DNA of 64,000 nucleotides, taken from Sphaerodactylus townsendi. Taxonomy: Eukaryota. The notes under the pieces are model-generated. The model saw only the letters and a list, made by a program, of their open reading frames with translations. It searched no databases and was not told the origin of the DNA. This document shows positions 1 through 11,733 of the stretch, piece after piece (positions within the stretch are counted from its first letter, which is position 1; every line of letters starts with the position of its first letter). The stretch lies in the NCBI RefSeq assembly GCF_021028975.2, contig NC_059433.1, positions 86,738,001-86,802,000 of the forward strand, given 5' to 3'. Made by a program: the position numbers and the translations under genes.

Positions 1-1187
1 TGATATAGATAACTGTACCACTTGATTGAAACAGTTGAAGATGTGTTATTTCACAATTCATTTTATAGGGATATTCATTCCTTACATATTTCTCCAATTT
101 TATACAGGTTTCCAGTCAGATCTCATAAATGTTATATATCTGTTCTTGCAGACTGCTTTAATGAAACCACCCTTAAGGTGGCCTGAATTTTGCACTTTGC
201 CTTAATATGGAAACAGATCCTTCAACTTTTTGATTAACGACTATGTATTACTGAAATTAGTGGTTAATGAGGTTAACAATTTTTATTTGCACTTTCTTAT
301 TTGTTTTATTTGCACTTTCTTACATTCGTGTTGGCTGATCTAGTCCTGCTTGCTATTTCTCACATTGTCCACACAGAAGTCCCCCAGAATGATATGAAGG
401 CAACAACCTATTGTAGTCATTACTGTATTTCTGTATGGTGATTTAATTTAGCCATCAAGGCAAATAGGATCATACTTGGGGATGAGAACTGAATCAAGTT
501 AACAAACATGGACAGGCGAGACAGTTTGAATGGATAGAGTTCAAACCTCAGGGCCAAATCTGGCTTCTGTTCAAACTGAATTATTACTGACATTTAAAAT
601 TATCTGATCACAACCTTCTACAGGTGTTCTTCTCAGTATGTCTTCCTATTTAAACCATTTGCTGTGTTGGTGATTTATTTCTCTGCATTTCTCGGTGCTG
701 CATGCTGCACTATTTATGCCTTTGTTCACTCAATCCAAGCAGTCAAGTAGTCAGCATAGTTTCAACTCCATGCTTTCTGAGAGTTGTATTAGGACGGATG
801 AGAAAGAGCTTAATCCCTTTGGTGAGGGTTTTTTTAAAAAAAATTATTTATTTTTGCAACCTTGCACTAAGGGTTAATGTGAATTAGATGTGGGGGAAGA
901 CTTGATCTGAATTGAGGACCAGCATGAATTCAGCAAATTTATTAATTCATTAAGTACCAGAGTTATACACCTGTGTATAACTTCTCATGTAATACATTTT
1001 TGTAACTGGATGTATAAACATAAAGGTAAATAGATGTTCTCGAATGCTAGATACGCATTAAATTTTTGCACTTTAGCTTCAGTCATTACACCCATGCCCG
1101 CCCGCCCACTCGCGCATGTGCACGCAGACACACACACACTCACACACTCCTGGAAGACTAACAAGAAAGTGTCATGTTCCTTTATAG

Positions 1188-1308
1188 CATAGGTGTCAAA
1201 CTTGCGGTCCTCCAGATGTTATGGACTAAAGTTCCCATTATCCCCTGCCAGCGGATGATGGGAACTGCAGTCCTTAACATCTGGAGAGCCACGAGTTTGA
1301 CATCTATG
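1188..1308. mobile_element. Palindromic non-autonomous hAT MITE (hairpin family)
   Basis: TIRs CATAGGTGTCAAAC / GTTTGACATCTATG; perfect 8-bp TSD CTTTATAG (1180-1187, 1309-1316); whole body is an imperfect inverted repeat. Confidence 0.92.
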
Positions 1309-1339
1309 CTTTATAGGTTCCCTAAAGTTTTGTGATTGC

Positions 1340-1900
1340 AGGAGTCAGATTCAGAGACTTTTATTAGGCATATACAACATAGGGACCAAGAAAAAGAGTA
1401 AATCCAGTAAAGAACAATGAAAGTAATATGAACAGAAGCCAAGGGAACCGAGTTCAAAACGCAGCAAAAAATCTTGGCTACGGTTTCAGTCATTTCAACC
1501 TTGGGATTGTTGAACAAAAAAGTCATCTTTGCGTTGATAGGAAGATCCGAGAACCCAACAGTGGTTAAGGCAGAGAAGTCGGGCCTAAAGCTGTTGTACT
1601 TAGGCCAGAAGAGCAAAATGTGTTCAAGGGAGTCGATATAAGACGGGCAGAAAGAACAGTGTCGATCATGCCGAGGGATGTTTGAGAACCGGCCTTGAAA
1701 TAGTGACGATGGAAAATAATTACATTTTGCTCTTGAAAATGCCCATCTGAGTTTGTGATTAAGAAGTTGGTTCAGATAATGGGCAACACAGAGCTTTTGA
1801 GAAATGATCCCAAAGTGCAAGGGTGAACAGGAACTGTGTGCCTTACTCAAAAGGTATTGATATTCTGATTGCAGGAGTCCTGCATAGCAATCCTCCTTAT
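1340..1900 (-). mobile_element. 5'-truncated LINE 3' end (RTE-X-like; ORF2 C-terminal zinc knuckle)
   Basis: ORF 1311-1940 encodes RAKCNYFPS..GRFSNIPRHDRHCSFC..IDSLEHILLF(W)PKY, a degenerate CCHC knuckle typical of non-LTR ORF2 C-termini; followed on minus strand by AATAAA and TCTGAA/TCTGAC tail. Clade assignment tentative. Confidence 0.65.
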
Positions 1901-1949
1901 AACTGGCCTTCAGACATAGTTCTTTTTCACCTAGGGGCATCCATCTCTA

Positions 1950-2133
1950 GGTTGGTATATGCCTACAGATGTGAGGGTGGAACCTGAGGAGACTAGGGAC
2001 AGAGAAGTGAGGGTCCTCAGCAGGGTCTAATGCCCTCCAAAGCAGCCATTTTCCCCAGGGGAACTGATCCCTGTATTCTGAACATCGATTGTCCTTCTAG
2101 GGTATTTCCAGGCCCTACCTGCAGGTTGGCAAC
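1950..2133 (-). repeat. Degraded interspersed repeat, SINE-like
   Basis: Minus strand GTTGCCAACCTGCAGGTAGGGCCTGGAAAT...GATCAGTTCCCCTGGGGAAAATGGCTGCTTTGGAGGG resembles a common gecko repeat (recognition only). Confidence 0.45.
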
Positions 2134-2170
2134 TGTCGAGTCCATCTAGTCACTGGTGGAAATGGCAAAC

Positions 2171-3182
2171 TAAGAACATAAGAACATAAGAACAAGCCAG
2201 CTGGATCAGACCAAAGTCCATCTAGTCCAGCATTCTGCTACTCGCAGTGGCCCACCAGGTGCCTCTGGGAGCTCACATATAGGATGTGAACACAATGGCC
2301 TTCTGCGGCTGTTGCTCCCGAGCACCTGGTCTATTGAGGCATTTGCAATCTCAGATCAAGGAGGATCAAGATTGGTAGCCATAAATCGACTTCTCCTCCA
2401 TAAATCTGTCCAAGCCCCTTTTAAAGCTATCCAGGTTAGTGGCCATCACCACCTCCTGTGGCAGCATATTCCAAACACCAATCACAGTGTTTCCTTTTAT
2501 TAGTCCTAATTCTTCCCCCCAGCATTTTCAATGGATGCCCCCTGGTTCTAGTATTGTGAGAAAGAGAGAAAAATGTCTCTCTGTCAACATTTTCTACCCC
2601 ATGCATAATTTTGTAGACTTCAATCATATCCCCCCTCAGCCGCCTCCTCTCCAAACTAAAGAGTCCCAAACGCTGCAGCCTCTCCTCATAGGGAAAGTGC
2701 TCCAGTCCCTCAATCATCCTTGTTGCCCTTCTCTGCACTTTTTCTATCTCCTCAATATCCTTTTTGAGATGCGGCGACCAGAACTGGACACAGTACTCCA
2801 AGTGCGGTCGCACCACTGCTTTATATAAGGGCATGACAATCTTTGCAGTTTTATTATCAATTCCTTTTCTAATGATCCCCAGCATAGAGTTTGCCTTTTT
2901 TACAGCTGCCATGCATTGAGTTGACATTCCCATGAAACTATCAACTAAGACGCCTAAATCCCTTTCCTGGTCTGTGACTGATAGCACTGACCCCTGTAGC
3001 GTGTATGTGAAGTTTGGATTTTTTGCCCCTATGTGCATCACTTTACATTTTGCTACATTGAACTGCATTTGCCATTTCTGAGCCCAGTCACCTAATTTAT
3101 CAAGGTCCGCTTGGAGCTCTTCGCAATCCTTTGTGGTTCTCACCACCCTACATAATTGGGTATCATCTGCAAACTTGGCCAC
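2171..3182 (-). mobile_element. CR1 LINE family A, 5'-truncated ~1 kb copy
   Basis: ORF 2436-3182 AKFADDTQL..KCKVMHIG..ERDLGV..VRPHLEYCVQFWSP (CR1 RT C-terminus); (TTCTTATG)n 3' microsatellite; near-identical to 27032-28065 apart from a 14-bp deletion near 2487 and indels in the other copy. Confidence 0.95.
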
Positions 3183-3299
3183 CTACTCTGGCATAAAACC
3201 ACTTTCCATCATTCACTATACAATATGAGCCCCTTGGGGGAGGACGGTTTATAAATTTAATTTTAAAAAAATGGAGCCAAGGCATTGCAGAACAGAGAA

Positions 3300-3530
3300 T
3301 CTTGGGCAAATTTCTTGGGGTGCCTGTTAGGGGTGCATTTTTAAAGCTAGTGACACCAACATTTCAGGGTATCACCCGGAGACTGTTCTGATTATACCAA
3401 CCAAGTTTGATGAAGTTAGGTTCAGAGGAGCCAATGTTATGGACCCTCAAAGGGGTAGCCCCCATCTCCTGTTAGCTCCCATTGGAAACAATGGGGGTTG
3501 GGGGCACCCCCTTTGGGTCCATAACTTTGT
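3300..3530. repeat. Unclassified interspersed repeat fragment
   Basis: Internal inverted segments (GTTATGGACCC..CAAAGGGG / CCCCTTTGGGTCCATAAC); resembles a common lizard repeat. Confidence 0.35.
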
Positions 3531-5256
3531 ATATTTTTATTGAACAGATCTAGGGTTGTATTGAGATTTTTTTTTTTTTGCAATATTCTGCCTTTTCTGC
3601 CCCCATCCCCCGCCCCTGCTGCAGCATTCTGAAATCATCCCAGTTGCTTAGTGGACAGCAGCAAGCGGAATTCTACAAACTAAAATGCCTGTAGTCTTGA
3701 TCAAACCATAGGAAACACAGATATTCTAAGTTGTGAATTTAAAAAAAAGGCTTCTAAAAAACTACCCTGAAAGCATATTTTTTATAAATTTTATATAATT
3801 TGCTGATATGAAAGAAGGAACATGGGAACAAAGATTTCCCAGTTCCCAGATAATGTCCCCATCAGACACAAAAACAGGTCTTCCACCACCCACCCCTTTA
3901 TTCAAAAGCAGCATTGAGAAAACTCAAACAAATCAGCAGAAATAACCTTGCACATGCGTGGTATCCTCTTAGTGCCATTGAACCATTTCCCTGCAGCATA
4001 ACAGCCACCTGTTTTCCTTCCGCCATTAGATATAAATCTCCTGTGCTCAACATCTTCCCTTTTCCCAGTTCCGTGAAACAGTTGGGTGTCCATTCCCATC
4101 ATGTACTACACAGGACTTTGAAATGGATTAGAGATTTGGGCAAGATTAGTTCTGCCTGGAGTCTCTGATCATAATAAATAGCCCCAAGGATGGTCTATTC
4201 AGTGAAAATGGCAGTACCTTAAGCTTAAAAGATTCCAGAAGGGGTTGGAATTGTGGGGCAACCCCAGGTTTCCTTCTTCTGTTAAGTTGCAGCAAGCTGC
4301 CTGCTCACTCACTCATAGGGAAGTAGGCAAATTATTTCTCTTCCACAATCCCTTGAGGCGACGCTTCTTGCTTCATATATTTTGAAGTCTTGAAAACTAT
4401 TTTGTGTTCTTTCGTGTTCCAGGAGAGAAAGCCTACAGTGATATCAATTGCTACACCTCATAAAAAACTAGACTGACACTGCTGGCCTTGCTAAAATGAA
4501 ATGTTACAAGGGGAAAAGTACAGTTACACTGAGTGAGAAAAGTAAAACAAATGACTTCCTAAATATTTAAGATATGTTAAATGCAATTCAATTTTTTTCC
4601 CCATCATCAGCATGAAACTCAGAATTTATGATAAAAGTCACTGTTTTCTATACTTAATAGCCGGTGTTGTAATTCTAGTAAATTTGTAAGGTTGGCTAAT
4701 ATGAAGGAAGGAATAAAAACTGGTGGATACCGCAGTCATCAAAATGAAGGCTTCTTGAATTATGAGTACCTGCTACACATGTACAAAATTAGTGTCTAAT
4801 CTGTTCAATAGGGAAATTTTAAAATTAAACACCAGCACATGTTGGTATGTGTAGATTTCTAATAAGAATAAAACCACACAGTACGCCCCCATGAACAGGA
4901 TACTTTGTTAAAAACACTCATGCAGAATTCCCCTGTTTACAGGCAATCTGATTCATAGCAGATATACCATAAATCACTGCATGGAAAAATATGCAGTTCC
5001 TTCTATCTTAGTCTGGAAGATGGGGGTGGGGGCCACTGTGATGCTCCTGCTCACTGCCAAAATTCTGACATCCACATTCCAAACATGTTTTACCATCAAC
5101 TAGTTAATCCAAAGTACTGTGGTAATTTGCAATTACACCCTAAGCTATAGTGGAGTTCAGTCACGCAGCATGGAAACCAAAACATATTCTGCTTCAGAGT
5201 TTTATCAGACGTGCAAACAATTTATCCATACGTTTTTACTCTGACGACAGTCTCAG

Positions 5257-5455
5257 AGGGTAGTCATACTGGTCTGCAGTATAACAGGTGTATGGTAGAG
5301 GCAGCTATAGTTAGCCTTGAGTCCAGTAGCACCGTAAAAGACCAACAAGATTTTGGGGATATGAGCTTTAGAAAGCCAAAGGTTTCTTCGTCTCTCAAAA
5401 GCTTATACCCCAAAAATCTTGTTGATCTTTAAGCAGCTACTGGACTTGAATCCAG
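5257..5455. mobile_element. Penelope-like element remnant (inverted pseudo-LTR pair)
   Basis: Arms 5320-5368 (GTCCAGTAGCACCGTAAAAGACCAACAAGATTTTGGGG..AGCTTT) and 5397-5447 are inverted copies; resembles reptile Penelope pLTR, with decayed hammerhead core on minus strand. Confidence 0.65.
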
Positions 5456-5514
5456 GATTTTTACCTTGATTTTCTCCTGCTCTGGGATTACAAAAAACTG
5501 CACATCCTCAAAAA

Positions 5515-5920
5515 GCTGGTGAAAATCTACTGATGAACTGTGGCCCAAACGATATCTGGCTAGCCTCAACTAGGGGCCAGGGCTTTTTTGCCCCTGGCTC
5601 CAACCTGGTGGAACGCTCTGTGTAGCAAGACCCAGGCCCTGCAGGGCCTGATGCAGCTCCACAGGGTATGTAAAATAGAGCTGTTCTACCAGGTGCATGG
5701 TAGAGGCAGCTATAGTTTTTTCCATCTCCAAGCCTCCCCACACCCAATCTTCCCCTCCTGTTTTGGAATTACTTATTGTACTTACATTGTCACCATTGGG
5801 TTTAAATGTGGTTTTAAATGTGTTTATTGTGTGCGGTTGTCATTTCAGATATTTAATAGATTGTTGGAAGCTGCCCTGAACTGTTAGGGAAGGGTAGCAT
5901 GTAAAAATAAATGAATAAAC
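5515..5920 (+). mobile_element. Old L2 LINE 3' fragment
   Basis: Aligns by eye to 8420-8600 of the young L2 (CCTGGTGGAACGCTCT, GGCCCTGCAGG, GAGCTGTTC); L2-type 3' end with AATAAA repeats at ~5906-5920. Confidence 0.75.
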
Positions 5921-6328
5921 CACAAGGCCATCTTGGGCTGGGGCTAGTTTCATCACTATGGCTCACACTGGGCTATGGTTGCAGGCCATGAGGCTTGCGC
6001 CGCAGGAAAACTCCACATACCTGCAAGAAGGCGTGGCGGATGGCGAGTCCAAGTCTTATTCAGCCGGCTCACATGTTCCCAATTCTTTCCCTCCCTCAGT
6101 TTGGTTGCTTTGTAAATTGCAACTTATCTGAGGTGCAATGCCATTAAAATTCAATGGGGGTGCCGCTGACTTCAGTGGGATGAAGACTCAGCTTTGTATG
6201 TCATGTGTTTTGTTTTTGAGCAATGAAGCTACTTCCAAGAAAGCATGTGTAGTGGTATTCCTTACATTTTAAACAAATGTAGAAAATGTATTATTGTAAT
6301 ATTGCAACTGTAGAACCAACACACATTT

Positions 6329-8916
6329 ACATGAGGCTGGGCACACGCTGGATTTGATCTTCGGGTCGGGGTTAGACCTGGTCGTATCCTCTATTGATAG
6401 AGTGCCATGGTCCGACCACTTTGCCCTGAAGGTACGGGTGAACTTGCCGCACCAACCCCGTCTAGGCGACGGGCCGATTTATGCCCGCCCACGGAGACTT
6501 ATGGATCCACTTGGTTTCCTGAACGCTCTGCGGGACCCTGAACCCGCCGGCACACTCGATGAGCAGGAGGAGGATTGGAACTCCCAACTCTCCGATGCCA
6601 TCGATGTTGTTGCTCCCCGACGCCCTCTACGTCCCCGCCCCCGGCGCGCTCCATGGTATACCGAGGAGCTGCGCCGTATGAAGCGGGGGCTTAGACGTCT
6701 AGAGCGAGTGTGGAGGAAATCTCGCGACGAAGCTGCGCGAACATCTTACAGGACGCTTATGAAAGCCTATGAGATGGCGACGAAGGAGGCGAAGAGGATT
6801 TTCTTCTCCTCCTCCCTCGCGTCTGCTAGCTCTCGCCCAGCACAATTATTTTGTATAATTCGGTCATTGACCTCCTTATCGGAGAGATCTTCAAATCTCC
6901 AATTGGATATCAGATGTGAGGCATTTATGAGCTTTTTTGCAGATAAGATCGAGTCACTCCGCCACGACCTTCCTTCCACATTAACTACAATTAGTGAACT
7001 GGAGACTCCCCTGCCGTCTTCGGGTCCTTGTTTGACCCAGTTTTCCCTGCTCTCGGAAGCCGCTGTTGACAGAGCCTTAGCTGCTGTTAGACCTACTACC
7101 TGTCCTCTGGATCTGTGCCCGTCCTGGCTTGTGAAAACTTGCCGGGCGGAGCTACAACCCCATCTGTTGAGTATAATCAATGGTTCCCTTGAGCAAGGAA
7201 CCTTCCCGGATGGGTTGAAGGAGGCAGTGGTCCACCCACTCTTTAAAAGACCATCATTAGATCTGAGTGATCTGGCCAATTACCGCCCCATTTCGAATCT
7301 TTCGTTTCTGGGGAAGGTAATTGAGAGAGTGGTGCTGGAGCAGCTTCAAGGTTTTCTGGATGACGCATCGGCTTTTGACCCCTTCCAGTCCGGCTTCCGC
7401 GCTGGGCATGGGACGGAGACTGTTCTCGTCGCCGTCACAGATACACTCCGTATTCAGCTTGACCAAGGCGGATCGGCGCTGCTGGTGCTGTTAGACCTCA
7501 CCGCAGCGTTTGATGTGGTCGATCACGACCTTTTGACCCACCGCCTGGCCGCCTCCAGAGTGCGGGGCACTGTCCTTCAATGGATAACCTCGTTCCTCCG
7601 GGGCCGGAAACAGAAAGTGAGGTGTGGGGACCAGACCTCCTGGAAGTACCCGCTCCAATGCGGCGTACCTCAGGGGGCGTTACTGTCCCCACTGTTATTT
7701 AACATCTATATGCGACCCCTTGCTCAGCTGGTACGGAGTTTTGGGCTGATCTGCCATCAGTACTCTGATGACACACAGCTCATTCTGTTGATGGAGGGGG
7801 GAGCAGCCGCCGCCCCTGCGGCTCTACAGCACTGTTTGGAGGCGGTTGCTGGTTGGTTGCGACAGAGCAGGTTAAAACTGAATCCATCGAAGACGGAGGT
7901 CCTCTGGCTTGGCCGTGGGGGGGGAGAGGGACTTTCCAGCCGCCGGTGTGGGAGGGGGTCACATTGGCGCCGACCCCCTCCGTCTGCAGCCTGGGGGTCC
8001 ACCTGGATTTGTCTCTCTCAATGGAGACCCAGGTGGCCCATACAACCCGGGCTGCCTTTTTCCACCTTCGTCAGGCCCGGCGACTGGCCCCCTTCCTCTC
8101 CCGAACGGACCTAGCCTCTGTGATCCATGCAACGGTCATCTCCAGATTAGACTATTGTAACTCGCTCTACGCGGGTCTTCCCTTGCGTTTGATCCGGAGA
8201 TTAAAACTGGTCCAGCACGCGGCTGCGCGCCTGCTAACAGGCAGCGCCTCTTGGGAACACATCCAGCCTGTGCTGCAGCAGCTGCACTGGCTCCCAGTAG
8301 AGTTCCGGATCATCTTCAAGGTGCTGGTGTTGACCTTTAAGGCCATTCGCGGCCTGGGACCATCGTATCTTCGAGACCGCATCACCCCTTATGTCCCTGT
8401 GCGGCCTCTCCGATCGGCGGAGGCCAACCTACTGGTGGTCCCTGGCCCCTCGGTGATGCGGCTGGCCTCCACACGGGCCAGGACCTTTACGGCCTTGGCC
8501 CCGGCCTGGTGGAACGCTCTCCCACCAGCTGTCCGGGCCCTGCAGGACCTTGGGGAGTTCCGCAGGGCCTGCAAGACGGAGCTGTTCCGCCGGGCCTTTG
8601 GAGGACCCAGCCGCTAATGGTGCCCCCTGGCCCCTAACACCTGGGCCATTAACCATCTCATGTGACTCGCCATGCCTCCCTTTTCTGCGGGGAGGGAGGG
8701 ACTTTATGTTATTAGATCGCTGGACGCCACTTTATATTTATATTTTATATTTAAACTTAAATTTGATCTTCTGAACTTTTAAATTTGGAACAGGAATGGG
8801 AATTTTTATCGCTGCTTTTATTTGTAATCATTTTTAATGTATTTTGTATGTTGTGAACCGCCCAGAGCCCTTCGGGGATGGGGCGGTATAAAAGTCTAAT
8901 AAAATTTTAAAAAAAA
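6329..8916 (+). mobile_element. Young L2 LINE, 5'-truncated (end of APE endonuclease + full RT + 3' UTR)
   Basis: ORFs 6354-8114 and 7853-8617: GHTLDLIF..WSDHF (APE end), NYRPISNLSFLGKVIE, QSGFRAGHGTET, LLDLTAAFD, GVPQGALLSPLLF, YSDD, SRLDYCN, LHWLP; one frameshift near G-run 7917-7924; 3' stem-loop CCGCCC..GGGCGG 8858-8886 and A-rich tail; CpG-rich. Confidence 0.95.
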
Positions 8917-8955
8917 TTTGCTCTACAAAGAACGTCTTCTTTGACAAATAAAGTG

Positions 8956-9580
8956 TGCTACTAGCAGGCAGGGGCGTGGCCGGGTCTGACCCTGCAGGGC
9001 CAAAAGGGGGCCAGGCAAGCAGAAGCGTGGTCAGGTCACAGCCCAATGGGTCACTGCAGGCAGCAGACAAGTAGTCAGGTCACAGTCCAATAAGTCAAGG
9101 CAGGCAGCAGGCAAGGCCTAGTCAGGTCACAGTCCAATAGGTCAAGGCATGGGAGAACTGAGAAGCAGGCTGGGAATCAATGAAGAACCAGGACACAGCA
9201 GGGACAGGTAACACATTTGTTGCACCTATGCAGAAGCAAGCTCACAGCAAGGCTTATATTGCTCAAGGGGCTGGGATTCTGCAAGGAGTTAATCCTCATC
9301 AGATGCAGAGACTTCTAATCTCCCATATCTTGTTGCCAAACAAGCACTCCTTCTTTGCTTCTGCAGTAACAGCCTCTGCTTCTGCCTTCCATGTACAGCT
9401 GGCTAATCACTGGGTTCCCCACGAAGATCTGCAGCTCCTCTACCTGTAAGTCATCAGGCAGGGAAGGGTTGGCGTTGGCTCTGCTGCCTGGTCTTCTTCA
9501 GGAGCAGCAAACTATGGCTGTACTGCGTCTGCAGGTTCTGCGTCTGTGTCCTGGTAAGTACCAGGGGCTGGCTCATGACA
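8956..9580 (-). mobile_element. Probable solo LTR (Gypsy-like)
   Basis: Minus strand starts TGTCATGA and ends GTAGCA; TATA-like AATATAAG at ~9252-9259; three 44-47-bp tandem units (GTCAGGTCACAG at 9030, 9074, 9121); no convincing TSD. Confidence 0.55.
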
Positions 9581-10090
9581 CCAAGTCAATACCCATCTCC
9601 ATGGACATTTCTCAAGGATGTCTTTTACTTTTCTCCTTTTCACACAACTATGACATGTACCAAAACCATCTGCTGAAGCTTCTAAAGATATAGAGGAAGA
9701 GTTTGACTCCCTTTTTGTTCCTGGATATGGAGGATACAAGTAACGCTTTTCTGCAGCAGGTTCGTTGATATTTTATGTATAGCAAAACCTTTCCCACCTC
9801 CAGTTGTATTTCCTTTTTCTTCTGCTGCTGGAGATACACGTATGAAAGTACCAGTCCCTGCAGGAAATCACAAGCTTTGCAAACTTCTCCAATTCAGAAT
9901 CAAATATGGTAGGAAACACTAACATCTTCTAGTAAATTTTTATTTTGTTTTGAACAGTAGATGTCTATGGACTATTAAATAAAGGAATAAGTAACTAATA
10001 AAAACAATATATTGGAGAAGTGCTCTACAATATCTAAATTGCCATGTAAATAAATATATTAAATGACAAAAATATGTAAAGACTTTATGG

Positions 10091-10608
10091 CAGGGATGGC
10101 GAACCTTTTCGAGACCGAGTGCCCAACGTGCAACCCAAAACCCACTGATTTATCGCAAAGTGCCAGCACGGCAATTTAACCCGAATACTGAGGTTTTAGT
10201 TTAGAAAAAACGGTTGGCTCCGAGGCGTACTTTACTCGGGAGTAAGCTTGGTGGTAGTCGGTGGCTTTGCTTTGAAGCAACCGTGCAACTCTTCCAATGG
10301 GTGAATCACAACCCTAGGAGGGTTTACTCAGAAGTAAACCCCATTGCCAGAAACAGAGCTTACTCCCAGGTAAAGGATCGGGCTTTAGTTCTTCCCATGG
10401 AAATCAGTGGGGTTTAACACCGCTTAACAGGGTTACCTACACTGCTTCCCCAAAACTAGGTCTTAGGTTTAATGCTAATAATCGAGCCCAGTGGCCCAGG
10501 CCAGCCTAGATGTGTGTGTGTGTGGGGGGGGGACTCTATTTGCACGTGCCCACAGAGAGGGCTCTGAGTGCCACCTCTGGCACCCGTGCCATAGGTTCGC
10601 CACCACTG
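10091..10608. mobile_element. Non-autonomous hAT (Charlie group; termini like hAT1/nhAT1)
   Basis: TIRs CAGGGATGGCGAACCT / AGGTTCGCCACCACTG; perfect 8-bp TSD CTTTATGG (10083-10090, 10609-10616). Confidence 0.92.
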
Positions 10609-11069
10609 CTTTATGGCCAGTTATGCACATGATGAGGTTATGCTGCAGGATGGAGGCGAATATCTGTCGCAGCAAGATTTCTAGCAAAAGCTTTTACACA
10701 AAGAACCATTGATCTTGGGTTCACTATTTGTGAAGAAAGTCAGGATATAAGTATTTTAAGAAATTATCAATATATGTCTTTTTAATCATGAAAAAGTGGA
10801 AATATTGATGCAATTGAACTTTTTGTAATATCGCAAGTTGTGTCAAGGTATTGGGATAGATCTGTCAGATGTGTTATGACATCGGTCATTACTTATTTAT
10901 TAAACTATGCCATACTCTCACATGGAAAAGGTTACGGTAACTGGTAAGACATATTGCAATTAATAAATTCCACATCCCCCACAGCGACATCACTGCAAAT
11001 CTAGGACTTCGGCACAGCTACATATGACACACCAATACTTGTAACACAGAATTCTCCAGGGATTAAAGT

Positions 11070-11280
11070 GCTAGAGTAGCGATTAGAGAGCTGGATTAGG
11101 AGAGGAGGGATTTGTGTTCAATCTGCCACAGTCCCATGATGCTCTCAGCTAACCTTAGACTGGTCACACTCTCTCACTCTAAAGCACCTCAACAGGATTA
11201 TGGTTCAATATAAATGAGGAATGAAGAATAATGAAACATCTACCCCAAGATCCTTGTACAACATGCAGAATAAAAATGTA
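11070..11280 (+). mobile_element. Degraded tRNA-derived squamate SINE
   Basis: Decayed A/B-box head; body CCTTAGACTGGTCACACTCTCTCA..CACCTCAACAGGATT..ATAAATGAGGA resembles the minus-strand copy at 15420-15565. Confidence 0.55.
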
Positions 11281-11535
11281 ACACAAAGAGAGAGAAAAAC
11301 AGCTTTAGCTATGAGTGATTTGGACCAAAGAAGGAAGATATGCTTCTGCTACTTGCCACATCTGTGCTGCAACTCTGTTTCTGACACCCTGTGGGTGGGA
11401 GGAGATCATTGCAAAGCTTGGAGTTGCCACAGAAAAAAAAACCTATGTGGATAAAGACAGTATGGTTACTTAGTGAAAGCAACCAAAAGGTTTCGCAGAA
11501 TAGTAAAAGAAATACAACAAAACTACGGTGTAGGA

Positions 11536-11733
11536 CAGCAGTTCTCAACCGGTGGGTCGCGACCCCTTTGGGGGTCGAACGACCCTTTCACAGGGGTCAC
11601 CTAAGACCATTGGAAAACACATATTTCCGATGGTCTTAGGAACCGAGACACAAATAATGTTATGGTTTGGGGTCACCACAACATGAAGAACTATATTAAA
11701 GCGTTGCGGCTCTAGGAAGGTTGAGAACCACTG
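11536..11733 (+). mobile_element. SPIN (Space Invader, hAT) MITE
   Basis: CAGCAGTTCTCAACC.GTGGGTCGCGACCCCTTTGGGGGTCGAACGACCCTTTCACAGGGGTC...AGGAAGGTTGAGAACCACTG matches SPIN/URR1 termini; perfect TSD GTGTAGGA (11528-11535, 11734-11741). Confidence 0.93.

Noticed and set aside
3902-4168. Short ORFs on both strands in non-repetitive sequence
   Set aside because: No recognisable protein, and no match to the recalled next VPS13B exon (AVLLCSIQGLAVNIDP).
6767-8656. Antisense and alternate-frame ORFs over the L2
   Set aside because: Shadow ORFs of a GC-rich RT coding sequence.
9030-9145. Three spaced direct repeats resembling a CRISPR array
   Set aside because: Eukaryotic context, spacers similar to each other, no cas genes; better explained as LTR tandem units.
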